Below, piece by piece: positions 56,140 to 63,578 of a stretch of DNA of 64,000 nucleotides. The notes under the pieces are model-generated. The model worked only from the letters and a program-made list of their open reading frames with translations, searched no databases and had not been told where the DNA came from. Positions within the stretch are counted from its first letter, which is position 1; the number at the start of each line of letters is the position of its first letter. The position numbers and the translations under genes are program-made. This DNA is from a virus. The stretch covers positions 1-64,000 of IMG/VR virus record IMGVR_UViG_3300033141_004211; one strand, given 5' to 3'.

Positions 56140-56937
56140 TCAGTCCATTAGCTGTCCTTTCACTGCGCATCTGGCCGCATACCGCCCATCCCAATAGGGT
56201 GGACGGTACGTAGTGAAGGCATACTCAAACTCTCCTTGCAGCCCCATCAGCCCCAGCAATTCGGCAGGCACAGGCCGCATCAACTCTCCGTCCGATGTGA
56301 ACACTGATCGATCCTCCCCCTCTTCCTCCACCGTCCATCCCCTTACCCGGCCGTATCCTCGCCGCCGTTTCTTGCCAATGCTGCCTATCACGGTCAAAAT
56401 CCCCTCGATTTCCTCCTTGATGCCTTGGACGTACCAGATCAAGGAATCAGTGATGATGGTCTGGAAAGGCAAGTACTTGGAGGCGAATTCCTTTTTGGCA
56501 GTGTAGATTCGTTTGTGCTGAGGTTTCACATAACGGTTCACTTGCTCGAAATTGATACGGCGAGTGAAATGTACCAGGTCATACTCATACTCAGCGGGGA
56601 TAGCCCAAGAGGAACAATAGACCCACAACCCATGTTCCTGGCCGTGCCCCCACACAGCCAGAGGCAGAAAATGACCATCGTCTGAAGGAATTTTCCACCC
56701 TTTTTCCTTAAAGATGCGGTGGGTTTTTTCCTTGCCGTGGCGCTTCAACATCCGGCGGTAATTACGACGATGACGGCTTCGCTCCCGATATTCGGGGTCC
56801 TCAATGATAGCAGATGCCAGAATACCGTCCAATGGTTGCCACCGGTCGAATATAACCGGGGCCATCAGTTCGGCCCGTACGACCAAGTTCTTATAACCCT
56901 CATTATCCATTCTGAGCCTCCTTACAGCGATCTCCAT
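56140..56937 (-). CDS. csf3: Cas5/Csf3-like RAMP protein
   Basis: 265 aa. The N-terminal PLDGILASA and the C-terminal glycine-rich loop IGKKRRRGYGRV are RAMP hallmarks. It is the last gene of the coupled operon. Confidence 0.5.
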   Translation of the reverse strand: MEIAVRRLRMDNEGYKNLVVRAELMAPVIFDRWQPLDGILASAIIEDPEYRERSRHRRNYRRMLKRHGKEKTHRIFKEKGWKIPSDDGHFLPLAVWGHGQEHGLWVYCSSWAIPAEYEYDLVHFTRRINFEQVNRYVKPQHKRIYTAKKEFASKYLPFQTIITDSLIWYVQGIKEEIEGILTVIGSIGKKRRRGYGRVRGWTVEEEGEDRSVFTSDGELMRPVPAELLGLMGLQGEFEYAFTTYRPPYWDGRYAARCAVKGQLMD

Positions 56938-57398
56938 CTCGCTGTCGGGTTCTGCGCTTTACGCTGCCGTCGGCGTTCGACTGCCATCTGACCAGTGCGG
57001 CGACGTGATTCTTTATAGGCCTCTGTCTGAACGAAAACAAGACCGGAAAACCCCGGTGGATAGTGGCGAGTGACGGTGCGGGGGCTAACGCCAAGAATGT
57101 TTGCGGTTTCAACCAGAGTATGACCACTGAAACGCAGATCGATTATCGCTTGTTCAGCATTACGGTAACCCAATCGCCGTGCTGCCAGCTCGATCTTTGA
57201 GGGTCTCGAACTGGCAGCATCACGCAAACGGCGGTGATCCTCAATACCCAATCCCTTCCGCCACAAGTACACCTGTGACCGAGAGACGCCCAATGCCCCG
57301 GCAATAGTCCCCCAGGTGCACCCCTGCTCACGCATAACTACTATCACATCGCGCAGGGGTTCACCGAATTCGGCCTCTATCCTCTCGGCAGCGTTCAC
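56922..57398 (-). CDS. Double helix-turn-helix DNA-binding protein
   Basis: 158 aa with a GTG start in a GTGA overlap. HTH segments: WGTIAGALGVSRSQVYLW and LVETANILGVSPRTVTRH. Confidence 0.55.
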   Translation of the reverse strand: MNAAERIEAEFGEPLRDVIVVMREQGCTWGTIAGALGVSRSQVYLWRKGLGIEDHRRLRDAASSRPSKIELAARRLGYRNAEQAIIDLRFSGHTLVETANILGVSPRTVTRHYPPGFSGLVFVQTEAYKESRRRTGQMAVERRRQRKAQNPTARWRSL

Positions 57399-58336
57399 AT
57401 CCCCCCCAACGCCTGCTCAATCTGCTCTTTATGAGAGAGCAGGTGTTCTATTGCCTTCTCCATTGTTTCTACTGCCAACGGGTGTTCCACCTTACCTGGT
57501 CCAACAAGCTGATATTGATGCAAATCCAATTTGACCCGCCCGAAGCCACGACTGCCTCGTCCACCGATCTTTGGCCGCTCGTAGAAATAGCCCAAGCCAC
57601 CGAAGAAGACGCCGAGTTCGACATCCGTCGGATTACGCAGTGTGAACCCGACGGAAAACATTGTCCCTTGCGCCAATGCCTCATAGCCATAGCGCATAGA
57701 CATCGGGCGGCCCGCCTCGTTGGCCTCACCACGTTCGGCTCGGCTCGCCTGTTCCCGTTGCCATGCAGCCAGAGTGTCGGGCGCAATATACGCCTGCCAA
57801 TCCCGGTTCTTCTTGTCATCGCGGCGGGTGAAATAGACTTCTTGCAGCAGGTCCTCGATATGCCATTGACCAGCCATCTCCCACAAACCCTCTGGCAAAG
57901 CAGATTTCAACTCGACGCACACCGGCACCCAGCGGTCTACGTCAATCCGCCCCCCCAGGATACGGTTGCCGACACTCGCCCCGAAGAGCGAAACGACCGG
58001 GAACAGCTTCCGGAGTTCGTGCTCTTCATAGAGGTCCACATACTTGGCACTGCCGGCCGCCACCAAAGCACCGCCGCCGGTTAAGAGGTCAAAGGCCCGC
58101 AAGTCTTCAAATTGAGTGAACTCAATCTGATCCAGACACCAAAACGCACACTGGTCACGCAGGATACCGGCGATAGCGTTGGCCGAGATGACGGGCATAT
58201 ACTCAAAGTGGTCATCAACACGTATTTTCTCCCGATGGAACTCGGTCACCGTTCCACCTGTGCGTTCGCCCCCGTGAATTACTGGCTCCAGGGCTTCCGC
58301 CGTGCCCTCAATACGGATCATGTTTCTCTTAGTCAT
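57395..58336 (-). CDS. csf2: Cas7/Csf2-like RAMP backbone protein
   Basis: 313 aa. Motifs: IRIEGTAEALEPVIHGG, PVISANAIAGILRD, LFPVVSLFGAS, and a terminal G-rich loop, PKIGGRGSRGFGRVKL. Confidence 0.6.
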   Translation of the reverse strand: MTKRNMIRIEGTAEALEPVIHGGERTGGTVTEFHREKIRVDDHFEYMPVISANAIAGILRDQCAFWCLDQIEFTQFEDLRAFDLLTGGGALVAAGSAKYVDLYEEHELRKLFPVVSLFGASVGNRILGGRIDVDRWVPVCVELKSALPEGLWEMAGQWHIEDLLQEVYFTRRDDKKNRDWQAYIAPDTLAAWQREQASRAERGEANEAGRPMSMRYGYEALAQGTMFSVGFTLRNPTDVELGVFFGGLGYFYERPKIGGRGSRGFGRVKLDLHQYQLVGPGKVEHPLAVETMEKAIEHLLSHKEQIEQALGGM

Positions 58337-58754
58337 TGTAATCTCCTTTCCCTTCTAATTCCTCCCGACGCTTGTCACGATACAAGCGCAGGAGCATGAT
58401 TAGCACCGGCAGATTATCTCGCAACTGCCGAACAATGCGCCGCTGATTTTCCTCTGGCAAAGCCAACAATCGAGCGATCTCGGCTCGCTCATCGGTGTTA
58501 GTGCCAACGTTCGGCAAATCCAAAGACCGCGCTATATGGGACAGGAATCCTTCCAATCCCCGCCCCATCCGCGCCGCTGCCCGCACCCGGTCAGAGAAGA
58601 TAGACCAGATGCGCCGGGCGTAAATTCGCCAGTTCGTGCGCGACCCATACCACACACCACGCCACAGGATTACCAATAAACGCCAGGCATCGTAATATTG
58701 CTCGACATCTAACCCCGGCGCCAATCCCGTCAATTCCTCACGCATATCATTCAT
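58329..58754 (-). CDS. cas11: Small alpha-helical protein in the Cas11 (small subunit) position
   Basis: Start placed at ATG 58754 (MNDMREELTG...), overlapping the queT stop. About 141 aa and predicted helical. The assignment rests on position only. Confidence 0.3.
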   Translation of the reverse strand: MNDMREELTGLAPGLDVEQYYDAWRLLVILWRGVWYGSRTNWRIYARRIWSIFSDRVRAAARMGRGLEGFLSHIARSLDLPNVGTNTDERAEIARLLALPEENQRRIVRQLRDNLPVLIMLLRLYRDKRREELEGKGDYND

Positions 58755-59223
58755 TTCTTTCCCCTTTCTCCCATACGCGGGCGACATAGCGCATGATAGG
58801 CAAGCCGCCGACAATTATGATGGCTTCGCTCGCAGCCACGCTGACAAAAAGTGGCCAAAAGGGTGTGGCCAATACGAAAGAGAGCATAAGAGCCACTGCC
58901 GCACCGGTGGTGAGGGCATAGCAGACGGCTCCACCCCAGGGCCAGCGTCGCCCGATCCACCAAGCCAGTAGCCCGCCGAGGCCATCTGTGAATGGCATCC
59001 AGACCAACTCCCAGACTCCGACATAGGGGCTGGTCAAGTTGGCCAGGATAGTGCCCAACACGATGCCAGGGATGGCCACCGGTTGCCATAAGACCAGACC
59101 TTTTAGCACTTCGCTGATACGGAACTGCAACGGTCCATAGCTCAGTGGGGCCAGGGCCACTGTGAAGACTGCATAGAGAGCGGCGATGAGAGCTGCGTAT
59201 ACGATAATACGAGTCTGTTTCAC
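58747..59223 (-). CDS. queT: QueT-family 7-deazapurine (queuosine precursor) transporter
   Basis: 158 aa with multiple TM helices. YAALIAALYAVFTVALAPLSYGPLQFRISEVLKGL matches the QueT signature. GTG start in a GTGA overlap after AGGAAGGA. Confidence 0.8.
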   Translation of the reverse strand: MKQTRIIVYAALIAALYAVFTVALAPLSYGPLQFRISEVLKGLVLWQPVAIPGIVLGTILANLTSPYVGVWELVWMPFTDGLGGLLAWWIGRRWPWGGAVCYALTTGAAVALMLSFVLATPFWPLFVSVAASEAIIIVGGLPIMRYVARVWEKGERNE

Positions 59224-59879
59224 TTTGATCCTTCCTTAGTCCAAACATATTGCGCCAGATCGAGATATGGCGTCCCCAACCAGGGCTGGAGAATCCCACG
59301 CAGTCGCACGAATTCAGCAGGGTTCTCCCAGCGCGTCAGAAATTTGCTGTTGTAATCATCATTCTGGATTTCCTTCCACGAGTGAAATTTTCGCAACTGG
59401 TGAGCTGCCTCCACAACTGCTAGCCAATCACAGTCAATGTCAATCGTCACCGTTTCAAACCGCACCCGCCGTACTGGATTACCCGCCAGATTCAGCGGAG
59501 CCCACAATGCCAGGTGCTTCCGCTTCATAGTGGTAATCAAATAATATCCGTCCTCGCTCGGTGGGGACTCTAAATGTTCCTGCAACAGCGGTCCCACATC
59601 AGCTTTAGTCAGCGACTGCGCCCCAGCCGCTGTCAACCACCATGATGACCGCCGCAAATCCTGACGACCGAAGTACCACACACAAGCGTCACAAGCATAA
59701 TCGCCTCTGGGGACACGCAGGGCGGCATAATCGGTGAACGTCTTGCGCAGCACTTTATCAACAGGTGTACCAGTCACCATTGGCAAACCGCAGACCGCAC
59801 AAATCTGTCTGCCAAGCTTCACCTGATTCCCCTCAATATTTGAGAAAAACCAACGAGTTGTGAACGTTGATTCCATCAT
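59220..59879 (-). CDS. csf1: Csf1-like (type IV large-subunit-like) zinc-finger protein
   Basis: 219 aa with an N-terminal CxxC...CxxC (ICAVCG ... YACDAC), as described for Csf1. It overlaps dpdA by 47 nt. Confidence 0.4.
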   Translation of the reverse strand: MMESTFTTRWFFSNIEGNQVKLGRQICAVCGLPMVTGTPVDKVLRKTFTDYAALRVPRGDYACDACVWYFGRQDLRRSSWWLTAAGAQSLTKADVGPLLQEHLESPPSEDGYYLITTMKRKHLALWAPLNLAGNPVRRVRFETVTIDIDCDWLAVVEAAHQLRKFHSWKEIQNDDYNSKFLTRWENPAEFVRLRGILQPWLGTPYLDLAQYVWTKEGSK

Positions 59880-60588
59880 CCACCCTTGCGATTTCTACTG
59901 CCACCCTTGCGTTCTCCACCGCCAATTCCCGCCAAGGGCGGTCGAATCGTTCACGTCCCCCATCCCGACGCCACAGCCACCCGTCTTGGGCATCGGTATA
60001 ATAAGCGATGGAATCTATGCTATCAAAGCACCCCAGGTCGCGCCAATCCATCACATCCTCCGGCGACCACCCTGCACCCAGATTGTGCAACCACGCCGCA
60101 CCCGTGATTTCACGTACTATCGTGCAGGCTTCCACGATACCACCACTCTCAGTAGCGGTCAGCGACGGGTTGGAGATAGCCACGAATCGAGGTCGCCAGG
60201 CTGCGTAATACTGAGCCTGACGCATAGCAGAATAAATATCAATCCGCTTTCGCTTTGGAAACTGAATCACCGGCACAATCGGCAATCCAACATTCTCCTG
60301 CCACCACTGCCAATTGCGTATCGTCTGTGAGGGGTTCAGAAAAACATCAGGGGCGATGCAGTGATAGTCAGGCTGCTTGACATAGGGGCGATAATGGCTG
60401 GCCAGGCTTTGCATGTGCCGTATCCCAATCCGTGCTCCCCGTTCTGCCAACCCGAACGCCCCCGAATCCAGTATCACGAACCTACCCTCTGCTGGCGGTT
60501 CTGGTTGGCAGGGAAAAGCGTACAAACGATGGAACCATAGCATCTCCCTGCTCATTTTAGGAAAATGAGGGCATACGAAAATCATCAA
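59833..60588 (-). CDS. dpdA: DpdA-like DNA guanine transglycosylase (TGT superfamily)
   Basis: 251 aa. VILDSGAFGL corresponds to the TGT DSGGFQ motif, WLHNLGAGWSPEDV to LxGxGxP, and CFDSIDS to FDCV with the nucleophile Asp. Confidence 0.6.
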   Translation of the reverse strand: MMIFVCPHFPKMSREMLWFHRLYAFPCQPEPPAEGRFVILDSGAFGLAERGARIGIRHMQSLASHYRPYVKQPDYHCIAPDVFLNPSQTIRNWQWWQENVGLPIVPVIQFPKRKRIDIYSAMRQAQYYAAWRPRFVAISNPSLTATESGGIVEACTIVREITGAAWLHNLGAGWSPEDVMDWRDLGCFDSIDSIAYYTDAQDGWLWRRDGGRERFDRPWRELAVENARVAVEIARVDDGINVHNSLVFLKY

Positions 60589-60703
60589 CTATTAGCCTCT
60601 CAAGACTTGCCTGTTTGACATAACGTGGGGCGGGGGATATTTACTTTGGGTGTTGATTTGTCCCCTTCCTTAAGGGAAAAAGGGCGATGTTGGCTCGCGT
60701 AGC

Positions 60704-60745
60704 GTTGAACTTCTTGCGAAGCGCCAGCGAAGCAAGAAGTTCAAC
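60704..60745. other. Perfect 14-bp-stem hairpin in the dpdA upstream region
   Basis: GTTGAACTTCTTGC-gaagcgccagcgaa-GCAAGAAGTTCAAC. No adjacent U-tract on either strand. Confidence 0.8.
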
Positions 60746-60823
60746 CTGCATCATGGAACAAGATTTCTTTTCATGTTTTTCTACGTTGCAAATGGCGATA
60801 GTTTTGCGCATCTGGTGATAGAT

Positions 60824-61447
60824 TTATTCCGATAGCTTTTTAAGTATTCTGGCGGATAGATACCAATCGTGCTGGTTCCGTTTCCGTCCTGGGCGACCGG
60901 GATAGCTATGAAGCAACCCAGCTCGTTTCAGAATTGCGATGTGGCGGTGAACTGTTGGTATGCTAAGATTGCCATTCTTGCTCACAAACTCTGCCAGAGA
61001 CTGATTGTCGTTTTGAATTTTCAGGGTTTTGGAATCAGCGTGCGCTGCCAGCACCGCCAGCGTCTTAACCGCCGGTCCGATTTCTCCGAGCTTTTCGTTT
61101 TGTATTGGTCCGCAACGCCACAGAATCGAATCTTGGTTGTTGTCTTTTTCGGTGTTCAGGACTATGTTCACTGTGATAATCTCCAGTCCACCTAGCTGAA
61201 TCGCTCTATCGATCCATCCCAACCTTTCGAGGTTAGTTAGCTGAGCCTTGACAGTTCGTGTATCCCATCCGAGAAATTTGCGAAGAGCCTGCACTCCCCA
61301 CCAGCAGACTGGATTGGTGTTTCTGCATTGTACCGCGAGGAAAACGAGTAGTGCAAGCTGCCTGTTTCCTAGCGTCTGGGACGCTTTCTGTATGTTGTGT
61401 CTGTGCAGCAAAACGATGTGAGATAACCCTGGAATTCTTTTTGACAT
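60824..61447 (-). CDS. Tandem winged-helix DNA-binding protein
   Basis: Start moved to ATG 61447 (MSKRIPGL...), after AGGAG. wHTH segments: LTNLERLGWIDR and IPTVHRHIAILKRAGLLHS. Confidence 0.55.
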   Translation of the reverse strand: MSKRIPGLSHIVLLHRHNIQKASQTLGNRQLALLVFLAVQCRNTNPVCWWGVQALRKFLGWDTRTVKAQLTNLERLGWIDRAIQLGGLEIITVNIVLNTEKDNNQDSILWRCGPIQNEKLGEIGPAVKTLAVLAAHADSKTLKIQNDNQSLAEFVSKNGNLSIPTVHRHIAILKRAGLLHSYPGRPGRKRNQHDWYLSARILKKLSE

Positions 61448-61620
61448 CTTGGTGGCTCCTGATTGCGCCCCCGGGCGGGACGGGCCAGGAGCCACCCAAA
61501 AACCCGACCCCACCTGGGAGCGCCTTACCCCCAAGGGACCAGACCCAACGGGGGCCAACCGAAAGCCCGGTCCCTAGGGGGGTGCTGGTAGTTGTCACTA
61601 TTGTTCTCTTGCCCGGCGGG
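61448..61620 (-). promoter_or_regulatory. Highly structured GC-rich leader with sequestered Shine-Dalgarno
   Basis: In the minus-sense RNA, GGTGGCTCCTG (61496-61486) pairs perfectly with CAGGAGCCACC (61461-61451), which contains the SD 3 nt before the ATG. A second ~15-bp stem lies at 61529-61582. Confidence 0.6.
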
Positions 61621-62142
61621 TCAAAAGCCCGAAGGCAGTCTATAATCCAGGTCCGAAGCCTCACCGCCGGCACTGACAACACATCCTGCGTTGAAGAAAG
61701 CTTCTTTAGAAATAGCAATAAAGGCACTGCTATGATCATGGTTCCAGGTAACAGGCCACTTTTTGTCGAAGATTCCATGCGACCTCGCTATATCCAAATC
61801 AATGAAAAACCATGCCCCGAAGGTATTGTCGTCCTTAGCCCAGGCATATAGATACCACCTGGCGAAACCTTGTTGTAGCTTGGCAACTTCGGTTGTCATA
61901 CCGCTCGGGCGTGTATGCCTAAATGTGAGATCACCATATTTTTGCCAATATTGCCACCTTCTAACGCGGCAGGCTATCTCGCCGCTGGATACGGTGACAA
62001 TATAGTCGGTGGCTCTGCATTGATCATCCGAAGCGTTAGCTACCGAGACATCAATAATGTCGCCCGCCACCTTGCGCACCACACGCTTAATTTCGGGCAA
62101 ATATCTATCTGCCCATTTCTTGTCCGCTGTCCAACTCCTCAA
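61621..62142 (-). CDS. Hypothetical protein
   Basis: 173 aa in an ATGA overlap with the ParB/MTase stop. No confident motif. Confidence 0.55.
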   Translation of the reverse strand: MRSWTADKKWADRYLPEIKRVVRKVAGDIIDVSVANASDDQCRATDYIVTVSSGEIACRVRRWQYWQKYGDLTFRHTRPSGMTTEVAKLQQGFARWYLYAWAKDDNTFGAWFFIDLDIARSHGIFDKKWPVTWNHDHSSAFIAISKEAFFNAGCVVSAGGEASDLDYRLPSGF

Positions 62143-63485
62143 ACTTCATTTCCCCAGACGATGAAGCCTGCCCGTTCCTTCCTGGCGAACATCTCCAGTC
62201 GTGGCTCTGGGCTGGCCTGCACAACACGCTCATAGAATATATCAGGTTTTTCAGAATGGCGCGTGCGTGGGGCTGGAAAATCTAACCTGAGCCCCAACTG
62301 GTTCAACTTGAGTGACCCTACGCGCCCGAACAGAACATGCTCAGTAGAATACATCCACGAGTAGGGTGTGATCCCCACGTTCTTGACCCACGTCATCACG
62401 CATTGATACCTCACACCCCACTTGCTGAAAAGCTCAAGGCCGGCGGGGAGATATTTATGCGTTACCCACAAGTAGACATGGCAACCGTTCTCGTCGGCCA
62501 GGTCTGGTATAGGCAATTCTGCAATCTCATCCAGGGTCATCGTCGGGTAATCCAAAACCGGTCCCTGCTGTGGTCTGACCTTGCGCTCTATTTTGTCCAT
62601 TGGCCACGGTGGATCAATGACGATGCAGCGATACTTCCCCCCTGGTATCGGCGGGGCTTCTACCTGCTGATTGCGGTGCAATTCACGCTTGACTTGCGTG
62701 AGACTTCTTTCCCCCGCTACCAATTCCGCAACCAACTCGGGTGCTTCGGGCGCAATTTCCGCAATCTCTTTCACGTCCTTTTTCGGGATATGAACCTGGC
62801 CCGACAGGATGGCCTGGCGTGCTTCTGGCCCGACCACCTCAGCAATCCTATCCACAGACCGGGCAAATTCGGCGTCACGTATTACAGTCTGCCAGTGCGT
62901 GCCTGTTTGCTGCGCTATACGCTTGGATGTCTCGCCAATAATTCTATCATTTTGATAGGATTTTTGGGGCCTACCGACGCCTTTCTTCTCATTCTCATAC
63001 CATTTCCCTCTCAGGTAGCTTGCTTGCTGTGGTGTGAGATTTCGCCGGCCTAACTGGTTGCGCACAATCCACAGCCTGGCAGCGTCACGGTCTGGCAAGT
63101 CAATCTCTATAGTATCATAATCCAGACCGTGCTTCTCTGCCACAAGCAAGCGGTTATGACCATCAAGCAAAATTCCCCGCCATGTTACCAGCGGGTCACG
63201 GATGCCCTCAGAAATAAGATTGCGCTCTAATTGCGCAAACTCTTCTTCCCTGATGGGCGGAATCAAGGACTTGAACTCAGGATCAACTATCAATGTCCTT
63301 GCCTTTCTGTCCAGACAGAAGCCCATTATCCGGCGCGCCAACTCACGTATCGCCACCTCAACAACCCCCGTCTTCGGTATCCCCAGGTGGGCGGATAGGC
63401 GCTCAATCAGTTGTTGCGCCCTCTCTGTTAGCCTGAAACTACACGGGTATTTTTCTTCATGCCCGTATCGTATCACACAATACAC
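62139..63485 (-). CDS. RHH - ParB-like nuclease domain - HTH - MT-A70 (N6-adenine) methyltransferase fusion
   Basis: RHH-like segment: SFRLTERAQQLIERL. ParB box: IRDPLVTWRGILLDGHNRLLVA. MT-A70 catalytic motif: CIVIDPPWPM. The track start is a GTG and the true start is uncertain. Confidence 0.75.
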   Translation of the reverse strand: MYCVIRYGHEEKYPCSFRLTERAQQLIERLSAHLGIPKTGVVEVAIRELARRIMGFCLDRKARTLIVDPEFKSLIPPIREEEFAQLERNLISEGIRDPLVTWRGILLDGHNRLLVAEKHGLDYDTIEIDLPDRDAARLWIVRNQLGRRNLTPQQASYLRGKWYENEKKGVGRPQKSYQNDRIIGETSKRIAQQTGTHWQTVIRDAEFARSVDRIAEVVGPEARQAILSGQVHIPKKDVKEIAEIAPEAPELVAELVAGERSLTQVKRELHRNQQVEAPPIPGGKYRCIVIDPPWPMDKIERKVRPQQGPVLDYPTMTLDEIAELPIPDLADENGCHVYLWVTHKYLPAGLELFSKWGVRYQCVMTWVKNVGITPYSWMYSTEHVLFGRVGSLKLNQLGLRLDFPAPRTRHSEKPDIFYERVVQASPEPRLEMFARKERAGFIVWGNEV

Positions 63486-63495
63486 GATTTGTCAA
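63467..63495 (-). promoter_or_regulatory. Possible minus-strand promoter of the divergent control region
   Basis: TTGACA (63495-63490), a 17-nt spacer, then TACGAT (63472-63467). It shares the 13-mer TTGACAAATCGTG with the 15343-15355 promoter. It conflicts with the annotated GTG start at 63485. Confidence 0.35.
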
Positions 63496-63500
63496 ACGAA

Positions 63501-63550
63501 CCTTAAAATTTTCCCAACCCCTTGACAAAAATGATATTATATGCTATAAT
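63501..63550 (+). promoter_or_regulatory. Perfect consensus promoter with AACCTTAAAATTTTC upstream element
   Basis: CCTTAAAATTTTC, 5 nt, CCCTTGACA (63522-63527), a 17-nt spacer, then TATAAT (63545-63550). Confidence 0.75.
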
Positions 63551-63578
63551 ATTTGTAGAAAGACAAGGAGGCGTTAGA

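Noticed and set aside
55961-56194. A 77-aa minus-strand ORF after or overlapping the csf3-like gene.
   Set aside because: It overlaps the csf3-like 3' end out of frame. It has no RBS and an implausible composition.
58751-59299. A 182-aa minus-strand ORF overlapping queT in another frame.
   Set aside because: The QueT frame has a recognisable family signature and transmembrane pattern. The alternative frame is Arg/Gly/Pro-rich with no features.
60589-61620. Calling either leader a preQ1 riboswitch because of the dpdA/queT context.
   Set aside because: Neither region contains the short hairpin plus A-rich tail that I recall for preQ1-I. Both are far more GC-rich. I keep this only as a hypothesis to test with covariance models.
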